Position numbers and translations under genes: made by a program. Of a stretch of 64,000 bases of DNA, positions 9,131 through 19,555 are shown one piece after another. Positions within the stretch are counted from its first letter, which is position 1. Every line of letters begins with the position of its first letter. The stretch spans positions 1,760,001-1,824,000 of the forward strand of contig CAWBKB010000001.1 in assembly GCA_963789265.1 (NCBI GenBank), written 5' to 3'. The notes below the pieces were generated by a model. The model was not told the origin of the DNA and ran no database searches. It was given only the letters and a program-made list of their open reading frames with translations. This DNA comes from an uncultured delta proteobacterium. GTDB lineage: Bacteria; Desulfobacterota; Desulfomonilia; Desulfomonilales; Desulfomonilaceae.

Positions 9131-9381
9131 CAATTGATGCCCGCGGTCGCGGGCATGACGACATGTAAGGGCGGGTTTGGAACCCGCCCCTACCGGTAAC
9201 ACGATGTCACTTGTTTAAAAGCGAATCGGTATCACACCGCACTGAATAAGCTATCCTATTTCTCTGCGTTCCCTGTGCATCCCGCGTCTTGCGACACGGT
9301 GATCCCGCGTTCCCCGCTGGATTGATTGCCCGGTGAACAGTTACGATTTTGGTTTGCCGGCAAGAGGGCCGCGTTTCTCCA

Positions 9382-10440
9382 CTATCTGAAGATGTCCAGG
9401 ACACTCTGGAGGCCCGCTCTAATTTGCGACAGCCCATCCTGGATCATCGACGTTAAGTCTAATTGCTCGCCCGTGTCCGGATAGTCACCGTCTATGACCA
9501 CCTCGACCGGTTTGTCGAGCCAGTGGTATGAACCTCTGTCGTTGTGCTTCAGTGGACCTATGCCGACCAGTTTGATCAGAGTTGACTTGAACTTGCAAGG
9601 GTCCGGCAACCTTATGCAGCCTGCCGAAATTGCCCCGTAGGCATTCGCCAGAGTTACGTGGGGCGCCGGGTCCCTCCCCGGAGTGAAGCCGTGCAAACCC
9701 AGTTCGTGATACCTCTCGCACTTGCCCTGCTCGTTACAGAGAAGTAATGGAGCGAAGAATCCACCGTATACATGCGGGATATGTTCGCCCGAAACTCCGA
9801 AAAGGACCACATCCGGGTAGCAATACACGTGATTGATGAGAAATCGCCCTTCAGGAGTGGGAGAAGAAATGTCTCCCAAACCCACGAAGGTCCTGTAGAT
9901 CTCCTCCACGGACTCATCCGGGTGAATCCCTTCGAAGGTCAGCTCGAAGTTGGATCGATCAATGTGTATTCTGAACGCAGCGAATCCGTGACGCCGAGCT
10001 TCGTCCTGGTTGTTGAGGCTCATTTCCTGCCAGTCTTTGTATAGCGGCGGGAGGCAGGGGTCATCGGGAGCTTCGAGGGGCGCGGCCGGCACTTCGGCTG
10101 CTGGAGGTGTGGCTTCCGGAAGTTCGGCTTCCGGCGGCTTGGCCGCTGGAGGTTCAACTGCTGGAGGTTTGGCTTCCGGAGGTTCGGCTTCCGGCGGCTT
10201 GACCGTTGGAGGCTCCACTGCTGCAGGCTGGGTACCGATCTCAGTCGGAGAAGGCGCGCTTGGGGCAGGTGAGGCCTCATCGGCAGGTTGTTTTTGTGTA
10301 GATGCCGCTGAATCGGGCGCTGGCACTGCGGAGTAAGTCGGAATGACCAACACGGCAACGATGAGGAGCAGCCCCAATGTGAGTGCCATTGCAAGCACAC
10401 GGGCGTTCATAGGGTTGTCTGCTCCGGCAGCCTTCTTCAT
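9382..10440 (-). CDS. L,D-transpeptidase (YkuD) family protein with Pro/Ala/Glu-rich linker
   Basis: SPTPEGRF, LGLHG...SAGCIRL catalytic motif; N-terminal TM segment. Confidence 0.8.
   Translation of the reverse strand: MKKAAGADNPMNARVLAMALTLGLLLIVAVLVIPTYSAVPAPDSAASTQKQPADEASPAPSAPSPTEIGTQPAAVEPPTVKPPEAEPPEAKPPAVEPPAAKPPEAELPEATPPAAEVPAAPLEAPDDPCLPPLYKDWQEMSLNNQDEARRHGFAAFRIHIDRSNFELTFEGIHPDESVEEIYRTFVGLGDISSPTPEGRFLINHVYCYPDVVLFGVSGEHIPHVYGGFFAPLLLCNEQGKCERYHELGLHGFTPGRDPAPHVTLANAYGAISAGCIRLPDPCKFKSTLIKLVGIGPLKHNDRGSYHWLDKPVEVVIDGDYPDTGEQLDLTSMIQDGLSQIRAGLQSVLDIFR
10085..10230 (-). repeat. Coding 15/30-bp tandem repeats (KPPEAE/EPPAA)
   Basis: Repeated GGCTTCCGG(C/A)GG units. Confidence 0.7.
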
Positions 10441-10578
10441 GACGGGCTGATTGTATCCGGTCTTCCATGTCCTGTCAATGAGCGCACTAGCAGCGGGTAC
10501 CTGATGAGCCCGGCCTCAAATGATTGAAGCTAACCGCTTAGCAGACCATACCTGGGCCGAGACCAGATCAATTCTGCT

Positions 10579-10785
10579 GCAACCTTTCAAGTGCGCGGGG
10601 AATTGTCGGTTCCCTGTCATTGCGAGGAGTGAAACGACGAAGCAATCTAAACCTTAATCCAGTAATCGTCATTCCGGCGTAGGCCGGAATCCAGTCTGGA
10701 CCCCGGATCAAGTCCGGGGTGACGGTGTCATTGCTTCGCTTGGCTCGCAATGACAATCTTTCACGGTTCGTAAGCGATTATTTGC
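10579..10785. mobile_element. MITE family A copy 2 with an inserted GTCATTCCGG..GTGAC cargo
   Basis: Degenerate TIRs; same outer palindrome as 132-278; extra doublet at 10668-10723. Confidence 0.7.
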
Positions 10786-10903
10786 ATTCCGTCAACTTGA
10801 CCCACGGTCCTCCAACGCGAACATGGCGTTTCGCCGGAAGAGGCAACCGTCGCACTCATGGCCTCACTGACAGGCCTCCCCTTGAGTTCACAAAATTGTG
10901 AAA

Positions 10904-11485
10904 TCACGCTGATCCAAAGTCAAAGCGAAATAGTTGTATATATTCTGCGCCGGACGGCTTCAAAATACTCTGAAAGAGTACCACATGGTCTGCTACAAAA
11001 GACGGGCCGGCAATATTCATTTTATGGCGGATGGCTTCGATGAGATTTGAACTCCTCTCGCTGGATTTGAATCGTCCAAGAGTAAGGTGCGGGTTGAAGG
11101 GTCTCTTTTCTTTTGCAAATCCGAGAGGTTCCAGCAGGCTCTCCAGCCGATTGACGAGAGGAGGAAGGACTCCTGCGGAGTCTGATAGTCCAGCCCAAAC
11201 CACTCTAGGTCTCCTCAAATCCGGGAAGGCTCCCAATCCGAGCACCTGCAAGTGTATGGAGCCCTGTTCATTAAACAGCGGTTGAGCAGCCTCTTGAATT
11301 AGCGGCAGCAGGTCCGTACGGGTCGAACCCAGGAACTTGAGGGTCAGATGGATACCCTCGGGTCGTACCCACATCACTGGACCGCGGCATTTTTTCAGTT
11401 CGTCCGAAGTGCTTTCGAGGAATGATTTTACAGTATCAGGCAATTCGATGGCGATAAAGACTCTGACTTCGTCACTGTTTGTCAT
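10904..11485 (-). CDS. thpR: RNA 2',3'-cyclic phosphodiesterase (2H family, LigT)
   Basis: RVFIAI, IHLTLKFLG, PRVVWAG, PHLTLGR motifs. Confidence 0.92.
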   Translation of the reverse strand: MTNSDEVRVFIAIELPDTVKSFLESTSDELKKCRGPVMWVRPEGIHLTLKFLGSTRTDLLPLIQEAAQPLFNEQGSIHLQVLGLGAFPDLRRPRVVWAGLSDSAGVLPPLVNRLESLLEPLGFAKEKRPFNPHLTLGRFKSSERSSNLIEAIRHKMNIAGPSFVADHVVLFQSILKPSGAEYIQLFRFDFGSA

Positions 11486-11589
11486 AAGTTACCCCCTCTC
11501 GGTGCCGAAGATCGCGGCTCACGGTTCCGACAATCCGACAGCTCAGCGGCTATTCACTTTAAAGAGACAAAACAGTGCCGCGGGTAGTT

Positions 11590-12405
11590 TCAAAGCAGAG
11601 CCCCGGCACCATACTTTACAGGGGCTTGCGCGTAACTTTTTTGCGCTTGCGGCAGATACTCTCTGAGCTTGCGGAGCCGATCTTCATCGGAAGGATGCGT
11701 AGAGAGCCATATCGGTATTGGAGGTTTCTTGATCTTGGACATCCTCGTCCATAGCCTCACCGCCTCAGCCGGGTCGTAGCCGGCAGCAGCCATGTATATC
11801 TGTCCTATGCGATCTGCTTCGAATTCCTGGACGCGGCTGTACGGCAACAAAATACCGAGCGTTCCGCCCATTCCTAATGCTCCCAGAATTACTCGAGATT
11901 TAGTGTCAAGGCTTCCATCGTCCTTTTTCAAGATCGCGCCTCCGGTCGCAATCGCGCCTTTCAGCGCCAATTGTTGACTCAATCGCTCCCCGCTGTGCCG
12001 GGCAACGGCGTGTCCGGTCTCATGAGCGATGACCGCGGCCAGGCCCGCCTCATTTCTTGCGTAGGGAATCATGCCCGTATATACGACGATCTTCCCTCCC
12101 GGAAGACAAAAAGCGTTAGGCACATCCTTGTCGATGACTCGCACTTCCCAATCGAACTTAGGCTTGTCAATCTTCTACGCGGCCTTGCTCACGCGGTCGG
12201 CAACTCTTCGCACGATCTGGGTGAAGCGTTGGTCTTTGCATGGGGCTTCCTTTGCAACTACCTCGTTGAACGCCTTCAAGGCCAGACTGTCGAGTTCCCG
12301 GTCAGAGAGCACGTTGAACTGATGGCGCCCCGTATGGGGCACGGTGGCACAGCCGCAGGCAATGAAGAGTAGTAGCACGCCAACGATCTTCCAGAGAAAC
12401 GCCAT
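11590..12405 (-). pseudogene. M48 family metallopeptidase lipoprotein interrupted by an in-frame TAG at 12175-12177
   Basis: Lipobox IACGC; NAFCLPGG, HETGH, EFEAD, STHP; the two ORFs are in the same frame, separated only by TAG. Confidence 0.75.
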
Positions 12406-12512
12406 CACCGGGCGATCAAGCGTCGGCTTGCTCGATAAAACTTGATTTATCAAGTAGTTCATGTTATTTTTCTATATGATTAGATAAAGTACCCCATGCG
12501 TAGAGGTGCGCC

Positions 12513-12749
12513 TTGAAGTGTGAAAAATGCGGCTACATAAGCTTCGATCACAACGTTGTGTGTCCATCATGCAACAAGGATCTCAATGCGACGTGTCGAA
12601 AGCTTGGTGTCACTTACGATACCCCGGAGAAGACTTTCGACGAATTCTTTGCAGGGCCTTCTTCGTCCTACCGAACACTGCCCCCAACCCAAGAAGCGGA
12701 ACTCGACCTGGATTCAGAGGAAGATTTCGAGTTCACGCTCGATGATTAA
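12513..12749 (+). CDS. Small Zn-ribbon protein with acidic tail
   Basis: MKCEKCGYISFD..CPSC; SD AGAGGTG before TTG. Confidence 0.7.
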   Translation: MKCEKCGYISFDHNVVCPSCNKDLNATCRKLGVTYDTPEKTFDEFFAGPSSSYRTLPPTQEAELDLDSEEDFEFTLDD

Positions 12750-12862
12750 TTACTGGCATACTGGAAACGTTAAGACCAGTCATGACCGATAACATCACTC
12801 CTATTGTGATTCAGCCCAGAAAACCTGCCGAGGTCCAGCCATAATCTTCAATCTTAACAGGT

Positions 12863-13095
12863 TTACCGCAGAGAACGCGGAGACCGCTGAGAATTCTGTT
12901 TTCCCACGCCTCTAACCGTTGGAGCACTGAAAGTCTCGGTCCGCGACAGTGAGGGCAATTCCGGCCCGACTGGAGGCATGGATGTCTCACGTGGCATTGA
13001 ATAGGCTATCCTTGTTCCACTGCGTTCTCGGCGCATCCCGCGCCTCGCGAGACGGTTATCCCGCTCGGAACGCGGGATTGATTGCAGCGTTACCT
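12863..13095 (+). repeat. Repeat family E, copy c (uninterrupted)
   Basis: ACCGCAGAGAACGCGGAGACCGCTGAG with inverted partner CTGCGTTCTCGGCG; homologous to 6075-6262 and to the split copy 6966-9332. Confidence 0.65.
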
Positions 13096-13148
13096 TCAAC
13101 CATGGTGGCGATCCTTGGATCGACGCAGGCCGACTCGCGGGCGTCCGA

Positions 13149-13550
13149 CTAATCGACTCTCTCTTCAATGGGCCAATCACCTTTTTCCTGCAGGACTTCC
13201 TTCAGGACCTTCAGAGCGCTATTCACTACCGGCATGCCGCCGTAAATTCCGCACTGAAAAATTACTTCCGCGACGTCCCGTGGATTGCATCCAACGTTTA
13301 ATGCCGCGTAGATGTGGAGTTTAAGCTCATCGGGCCTTTCCAGGACCGTCAAAGCGGCTACGGCCACGAGCTGGCGCGTGGTGTGTGGTATCTTCTCTCG
13401 AGCGTACATTTGCCCGGTTATGAATAGCGAAAGGTCTCTTGCGAGTCTTTTGTCAAAGGAGCGCCACAAGTCAAACGGTCTTTCATCCGGGAACCCTTCG
13501 AAGTAGATCTTTGCCGTCTTGGCGGTCCTAGTTTTGAGATCGTCATCCAT
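13149..13550 (-). CDS. Carboxymuconolactone decarboxylase family protein
   Basis: TRQLVAVAAL..ELKLHIYAALNVG..EVIFQCGIYGGMP. Confidence 0.85.
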   Translation of the reverse strand: MDDDLKTRTAKTAKIYFEGFPDERPFDLWRSFDKRLARDLSLFITGQMYAREKIPHTTRQLVAVAALTVLERPDELKLHIYAALNVGCNPRDVAEVIFQCGIYGGMPVVNSALKVLKEVLQEKGDWPIEERVD

Positions 13551-13716
13551 TGATCACCTCTTGATTCTAAGTTGGAATCGGCGCGGCGAGTCTCTGGTAT
13601 GATACACGCGATTACCCATGAATTCCACTCGACCGGCACCAACCGGCGACACCGGTGGCGACTTCCGGTGGGCTGCCTTCAGTTGTACCCATTCAGTCTG
13701 GTGGGGCACGGTTTCC

Positions 13717-13926
13717 GAAAGCGTCTCAAAACTATTCAGATGACCAGAATCGTGCCACGATAGAGGCTCATTCGTATAGTCGTCGCCCCTCACCCCAACC
13801 CTCTCCCAGAGAGAGAGGGAGCAGATCCAGGGCCGTTTTGCACTTCCCTCGCCCTCTGGGAGAGGGACACAGGGTGAGGGATTCGTGCTACGATTCCGAC
13901 CGTTTCATTGTTTTTGAGACAGTTTC
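13717..13926. mobile_element. MITE family D copy 2 (inverted)
   Basis: TIR GAAAGCGTCTCAAAA / TTTTGAGACAGTTTC; internal CCCTCACCCCAACCCTCTCCC..GGGAGAGGG..GGGTGAGGG. Confidence 0.75.
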
Positions 13927-14172
13927 TTCCAGCCAGCCCCACAAGATCGAATGCTTGCCTTCGGTTCAATTTTTTCATTGCAAAAATTTCTTCGGAGTGA
14001 AAAAATATAGACAAAGTACGTCGTAATCGGTTATACGGACAGGATTAACCGCTAAGTCGGAGGGGAGAATTTTTCAGGCTTTTTGTCCAGCGATCGCTGG
14101 AAGCAAACGTTCTAAACTACAACAAACTCTATTCCCTGGCTCTCTCTCAGCAGCCAAGAAGGAGCGAAACTT

Positions 14173-16033
14173 ATGGCAAACCTTCTCGTTGATGAGCGCG
14201 ATGCTAAGTTCGTGCTTTATGAACAGCTCAACATCGAAGAACTGTGCCAATCGGAAAGATATGCGGAGTTTTCCCGAGAGATGTTCGACATGGTCCTCGA
14301 TGCGGCCCAAAAACTGGCCGAAAAGGAGCTTTTCCCAACCAATCGCGATGGCGACACCCAGGGTGTTGTCCTCGAAAATGGACAAGTTAAAGTCCCTGAA
14401 TCCTTCCACGCCGCTTACGGCCACTACTGCGAAGGCGGTTGGGCCGCGCTCCCCATCGACCAGGACAAGGGAGGGCAAGGCTTCCCGCATGTCCTGTATT
14501 GCGCCGTCACAGAGCTTTTTGTTGCCGCAAATCAGGCCCTTATGATGTACCCAGGCCTTACGATCGGTGCTGCGCGCCTCCTGGAAAAGTATGGTACCGA
14601 AGATCAGCAACGAACGTACATGGATAAAATGTACACCGGCGAATGGGCCGGCACCATGTGTTTGACGGAACCGCAGGCAGGCAGCGACGTCGGAGCGCTA
14701 CGGACCAAGGCCGTGAAGAGGCAAGACGGGAGCTATTCCATAACCGGCAGCAAGATATTCATTTCAGCCGGGGACCACGATCTTACCGAAAATATCATTC
14801 ACATGGTGTTGGCTCGGATAGAAGGAGCGCCCCCGGGAACCAAAGGGATCAGCATATTCGTGGTTCCCAAGAAGAGAATCGAAAACGGGGGGTTCGCGGA
14901 CAACGACGTGACGACAGCGGCAGCGGAAAAAAAGCTGGGTATTCATGCATCCGCGACCTGTGCGCTCAACTTCGGTGAACAGGACAACTGCATCGGGTAC
15001 CTGCTCGGGGAAGAGAACCAGGGCATGAAGATCATGTTCAACATGATGAATGAGGCCCGGCTGGCTGTTGGATTTCAAGGATTGGCCCAAGCCTCGGCCG
15101 CTTATCTGCATGCCTTGAAGTATGCCAAGGAGCGCTATCAGGGGCCTGAGATCAGTTCCATGCGGGACCCCAACTCACCTAAAGTCCCCATCTTCCAGCA
15201 TCCCGACGTGCGGCGCATGTTGATGTGGATGAAGAGCGTTACAGAGGGCATCCGGGCATTGCTCTATTACGCGGGCTATTGTGCGGATAGGCTTGTTACT
15301 GCGAAGAGTCAAGAAGAAGCTGACAGGTACCAGGGATTCCTGGACATATTGATCCCTGTTTGCAAAGCCTGGAGCTCGGATATGGGCTTCCGGGTAACTG
15401 AGCTGGCCGTCCAGATATACGGCGGCTACGGATATTGCAAAGAGTATCCGGTTGAGCAATTCCTGCGTGATGCAAAGATAGCATCTATTTATGAGGGAAC
15501 AAACGGCATTCAGGCCCTGGACCTTGTGGGCCGGAAACTCGGATACCGCCAAGGGGCCTTGTTCAACGGAATTGTTAAGGAGACCAGCGATCTTATCAAG
15601 CTCGCCCAGAAGAACTACCGCCTCAAGGACATTGTTGAACCTTTTGACGCTGCACAAAAGCAGTTGATAGAAGTCACACGTTATTTCGGCCTCAAGAGTA
15701 TTACAGAGGATTTCATGACGCCGATACTGGACGCTGACCCCGTACCTGGAGCTTTTCGGCGACGTGGCAGTCGGGTTCATGCTCCTATGGCAGGCGGTAA
15801 TCGCTGATCGTCGCCTGGAAGAGCTCTATAGCGACGCAAAGGCGGATACGTCTGAGAAGAAAGCGGAACTTTGCAAGGCTAACAGAAGCGCCGCGTTTTA
15901 CCGAGGCAAGATAGCTTCGGCGCAGTTTTTCTCCAACACCATCCTTTCTCTGGCTAAGGGGAAGGCCCGTGCGATCATGAGCGGCGATCGCTCGGCAATT
16001 GACCTCCCGGAAGAATCGTTCGCTCTATTCTAA
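14173..16033 (+). CDS. Acyl-CoA dehydrogenase (apparent frameshift near 15735)
   Basis: TMCLTEPQAGSDVG, KIFIS, QIYGGYGY, IYEGTNGIQALDL; C-terminal PYLELFGDVAVG..GKIASAQFF continues in another frame. Confidence 0.88.
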
Positions 16034-16053
16034 TCTCGATCGGAGTCTCGATT

Positions 16054-17298
16054 ATGAAAGCAAGAAAAGTCGTTTTGGTTGATGCAATACGGACCGCTTT
16101 CGGCAAGGCCGGAGAAAAGGGTATTTTCTGGAATACCCGAGCCGATGACATGGTTGTGAAGGTTATCCGTGAGCTTCTCAGGCGAAATCCTCTCGTGAAG
16201 CCGGAGATGATCGGTGAAAATGCCTGGGGAGTCTTTTGTCAAGAAAAAGACCAGGGATTGACGCTTGGAAGGACTTCAGTCATCCTTGCGGGCCTACCTG
16301 AAACTACCGCGGGATTCTCTATAGATCGCATGTGTGCCGGAGGAATGAGCGCCCTTACCACGGCCGCAGCCGAGATAGCGCTTGGCGCGTGCGATGTAGC
16401 CATCGCGGGAGGTGTCGAACACATGGGTCATCATCCCATGGGGGCAACGGCCGATCCTAACCCTCGATTTCTGACGGACAAGCTGGTCGATTCCAGTGCC
16501 ATGTCCATGGGGGAAACCGCGGAAAATCTCCACGATATGTTCCCTGAAATAACCAAGGAGATGGCGGATGAATACTCCTTGCTTTGCCAGCAAAAGGCGG
16601 CCCGAGCCGCCGAATCCGGAAAGATTCGGGAGATGATCGTCCCCATGACCGTGTACACCAAAAGTGGCTGGGTTGTCGCGGACAAAGACGAACAGCCGCG
16701 GCCGGAAACCACCCTGGAAGGGCTGGCCAAACTACGAACTCCCTTTCGGGTCATGGGAAATGTGACCGCCGGAAACTCATCGGGCTTAAACGACGGTGCA
16801 GCCGGAGCTCTCTTGATGGCGAAGGAAAAAGCCGAAGAACTTGGCATCGTACCTAGAATGCAACTCCAGGCGTTTGCGTATGCCGGGGTTAAGCCCGAAA
16901 TCATGGGCATAGGCCCGATTCCGGCCACCCATAAGGCTCTCAACATAGCAGGACTATCTATTGACGACATCGGGCTCGTTGAGCTGAACGAAGCTTTCGC
17001 AGTCCAGGCCGTGGCTTTCATGAAGGAATTCGGCCTACAATTCCCGGATGATCCTCGGATGAACATCTACGGCGGAGCAATTGCTTTCGGGCATCCCCTC
17101 GCCTCCTCAGGCGTCAGACTTGCCTGCCATCTGATGCACGGGTTTGCAGAAAGGCCGGACGTCGAGTATGGGCTGACAACTATGTGCGTGGGCCTGGGTC
17201 AGGGTGGAACAGTCGTATGGAAGAACCTTCAACGCAACGGCAACAAGGCGGAGAAAGAAGAGCACAAGGACAAGGAAAAGAAGAAGAAAAAGGAATAG
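16054..17298 (+). CDS. fadA: Thiolase (acetyl-CoA C-acyltransferase)
   Basis: DRMCAGG, NEAFA, GHPLASSG, CVGLGQG; Lys/Glu-rich tail. Confidence 0.92.
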   Translation: MKARKVVLVDAIRTAFGKAGEKGIFWNTRADDMVVKVIRELLRRNPLVKPEMIGENAWGVFCQEKDQGLTLGRTSVILAGLPETTAGFSIDRMCAGGMSALTTAAAEIALGACDVAIAGGVEHMGHHPMGATADPNPRFLTDKLVDSSAMSMGETAENLHDMFPEITKEMADEYSLLCQQKAARAAESGKIREMIVPMTVYTKSGWVVADKDEQPRPETTLEGLAKLRTPFRVMGNVTAGNSSGLNDGAAGALLMAKEKAEELGIVPRMQLQAFAYAGVKPEIMGIGPIPATHKALNIAGLSIDDIGLVELNEAFAVQAVAFMKEFGLQFPDDPRMNIYGGAIAFGHPLASSGVRLACHLMHGFAERPDVEYGLTTMCVGLGQGGTVVWKNLQRNGNKAEKEEHKDKEKKKKKE

Positions 17299-17428
17299 AC
17301 ATCTACTTCTCGGGATTACCGGTTGCCGAACCGAATAAGAGGGGGCGTTACGGCCTAATCCAACGGGCATTTGGAATCCATCAATTTCGCTGCTCCCTCT
17401 GGAGAGAGCTTGAACGAAAGGAACTATC

Positions 17429-19480
17429 ATGGCTGAAGCACCGACTTTATTCTATACGAATTACTACAATTCCCGCGTGGGGAAGATCGCCATCGTCACC
17501 ATGGATAATGGCGAAGACTACAAGAAGCCCAATACCTTCGGTGAAAAAGCGCTTGCGTCCTTGCACGAAACTATAGACAAGATCCAAGCTGACAAGGATC
17601 TGAAAGGCATGATGCTCTGCGGTAAACATTACATTTTCGCCGTGGGAGCGGATCTGATGCAGATCCCCTTTGTAAATACCTTCGAGCAGGGCCGGCGTAA
17701 CGGCGCGGCGGGCCACGCGGCCATGAAGCGGATTATGGACCTGAAGATACCTACTCTGGCTGCAATCAACGGCGCTGCACTCGGGGGAGGGCTTGAAATC
17801 GGTTTGTATTGCAACTACCGCACCGTATCCAAGGCTGTTACCGCGATAGCATTTCCCGAATGCTTCCTCGGACTTATCCCTGGCTGGGGAGGATCCACCC
17901 TCATGCCTCGGCTGATAGGTCCGGAGAAGGCATTGGAACTTATCGTGTACAACCCGATGAACCAGAATCGAATGATAGACGGCACTAAAGCCTTCCAAAT
18001 GGGAATTGCCGACAGGCTCTACGATTCCGTAGATTTTTTCGACGAATCCCTTGCGTTTCTTGAGGATCTGATTGAAGGCAAAGAAACAGTCGAGCGAAAT
18101 CAGCCCGACACGTCAAAGCTCAAGAACCTTGTTGACTCGGCCCGGAGCTTCCTGGACATGAGGGTACATGGAGCCACGCCTGCCCCTTACCGGGCCATCG
18201 AACTGATTCAAGGGGCCTGCGACTTCGATAGAAGCTTGGAAGAGTGCTTCGCAGAGGAAGACAAAGCCTTGGGCGATCTTATCAAGAGCCGCCAATGCAA
18301 AGCCGGCGTTTACAGCTTCGATCTGGTGCAACGCCGTGCGAAAAGGCCGGCCGGTCGGCCTGCGGATGTCAGTCCTCGCCCTATCAAGAAGATAGGCGTC
18401 ATTGGCGCGGGACTGATGGCTTCTCAGCTAGCCATGCTTTTCCTCAGACGTTACGGCGTTCCTGTGGTGATGAAGGACATCAAGCAAGAGTTTTTGGATA
18501 AAGGGCTCGGGTACGTCAAAGGCGAGCTGGCAGGTCAAGTTGCCAGGGGAAAAATGACTCAGGCCAGGGCGGACTATCTCTTCCGGCTTCTTATCGGGAC
18601 TCTGGACTGGGATGCGTTCGCGGATTGCGACTTCGTAATAGAGGCGGTCTTCGAAGAGATGCGCGTGAAACAGGATGTCTTTGCGCAGGCAGAAGCTGTG
18701 GTCTCTCCTACGTGCATTCTGGCCACTAACACTTCCAGTTTATCCATCACTGAGATGGCATCCCAGTTGAAGAACCCGGAACGTGTGGTGGGATTCCACT
18801 TTTTCAACCCTGTTGCAGTCCTGCCGCTCCTGGAGATCATCAAGGGAGAGAAGACTGACGATGCAACACTCGCCACAGCGTTCGAGTGCGCCAAGAAGAT
18901 CAGGAAGACCGCGATACTTGTCAAAGATTCGCCCGGCTTCCTTGTGAACAGGATTCTCACAAAATTCATAGGTGACTGTTTCGAGATCGTAGACGAAGGA
19001 GCGGATTTCGTTCAGGTGGACGACGCCGCACTCATGTTGGGGCTTCCTATGGCGCCTTTTGAGCTTTTGGCCTTGGTAGGACCGGCAGTGGGATTTCATG
19101 TTGGTGAAACCCTCCACAAGGCGTGGCCGGATCGCTTCCCCATTAACGAGCACTTCAAGAAGCTCGTCGAGGCGAAGATACCGGGGATATACCGAGGCAT
19201 GGGTCCTGGAAAGCAAGTATTACCTCAGGTGGCTGAAATCTGGAAAGACAAGGGCAACAAGGAGTTTGTAAAAGAAGAAATTCTGGATCGGCTTCTCACC
19301 AACCTGACGGTGGAGATCGATCTGATTCTCAAAGAGAAGGTTGTTGCGGACCCCAAGGACATAGATACGGCCATGATCATGGGCGCGGGGTGGCCGTTCT
19401 TCAACGGTGGGATAACCTTGTACCTGGATGTTACGGGCTATACCCCCAAAATCTTGCAGAAAGTGTTCTTCAGAATTTAG
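17429..19480 (+). CDS. fadB: Enoyl-CoA hydratase / 3-hydroxyacyl-CoA dehydrogenase
   Basis: ALGGGLE, PECFLGLIPGWGG, GVIGAGLM, IEAVFE, TNTSSL, GFHFFNPV. Confidence 0.93.
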   Translation: MAEAPTLFYTNYYNSRVGKIAIVTMDNGEDYKKPNTFGEKALASLHETIDKIQADKDLKGMMLCGKHYIFAVGADLMQIPFVNTFEQGRRNGAAGHAAMKRIMDLKIPTLAAINGAALGGGLEIGLYCNYRTVSKAVTAIAFPECFLGLIPGWGGSTLMPRLIGPEKALELIVYNPMNQNRMIDGTKAFQMGIADRLYDSVDFFDESLAFLEDLIEGKETVERNQPDTSKLKNLVDSARSFLDMRVHGATPAPYRAIELIQGACDFDRSLEECFAEEDKALGDLIKSRQCKAGVYSFDLVQRRAKRPAGRPADVSPRPIKKIGVIGAGLMASQLAMLFLRRYGVPVVMKDIKQEFLDKGLGYVKGELAGQVARGKMTQARADYLFRLLIGTLDWDAFADCDFVIEAVFEEMRVKQDVFAQAEAVVSPTCILATNTSSLSITEMASQLKNPERVVGFHFFNPVAVLPLLEIIKGEKTDDATLATAFECAKKIRKTAILVKDSPGFLVNRILTKFIGDCFEIVDEGADFVQVDDAALMLGLPMAPFELLALVGPAVGFHVGETLHKAWPDRFPINEHFKKLVEAKIPGIYRGMGPGKQVLPQVAEIWKDKGNKEFVKEEILDRLLTNLTVEIDLILKEKVVADPKDIDTAMIMGAGWPFFNGGITLYLDVTGYTPKILQKVFFRI

Positions 19481-19490
19481 ATTACAGAAG

Positions 19491-19530
19491 AAAGGGGGAC
19501 CTGGTAGCAGGCCCCCTGCCCGCCTTTTGC
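19491..19530. terminator. Probable bidirectional intrinsic terminator
   Basis: GGGGGACCTG-GTAG-CAGGCCCCC hairpin between convergent genes. Confidence 0.5.
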
Positions 19531-19555
19531 CAAGTCACGCGCGCAAAGAAGATTT

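Larger units (their letters stand above)
7086..9232 (+). mobile_element. MITE family B copy 1, interrupted by a group II intron
   Basis: Imperfect ~28-bp TIRs (GG)ACCAGTGCGCCATCAAGCAAGTGACA / TGTCACTTGTTTAAAAGCGAATCGGTAT; intron-free homologues at 34920 and 45471. Confidence 0.75.
6966..9332 (+). repeat. Repeat family E copy b, interrupted by MITE B (7086-9232)
   Basis: 6979-7085 matches 12883-12990 (ACCGCTGAGAATT.TGTTTTC, GCGACAGT); 9233-9332 matches 12988-13085 (TGAATA.GCTATCC..GGATTGATTGC); ends CGGGCAAT / ATTGCCCG. Confidence 0.65.

Noticed and set aside
7100..9202. 700-aa ORF on the minus strand
   Set aside because: Antisense shadow of the group II intron and its RT gene; no recognisable motifs.
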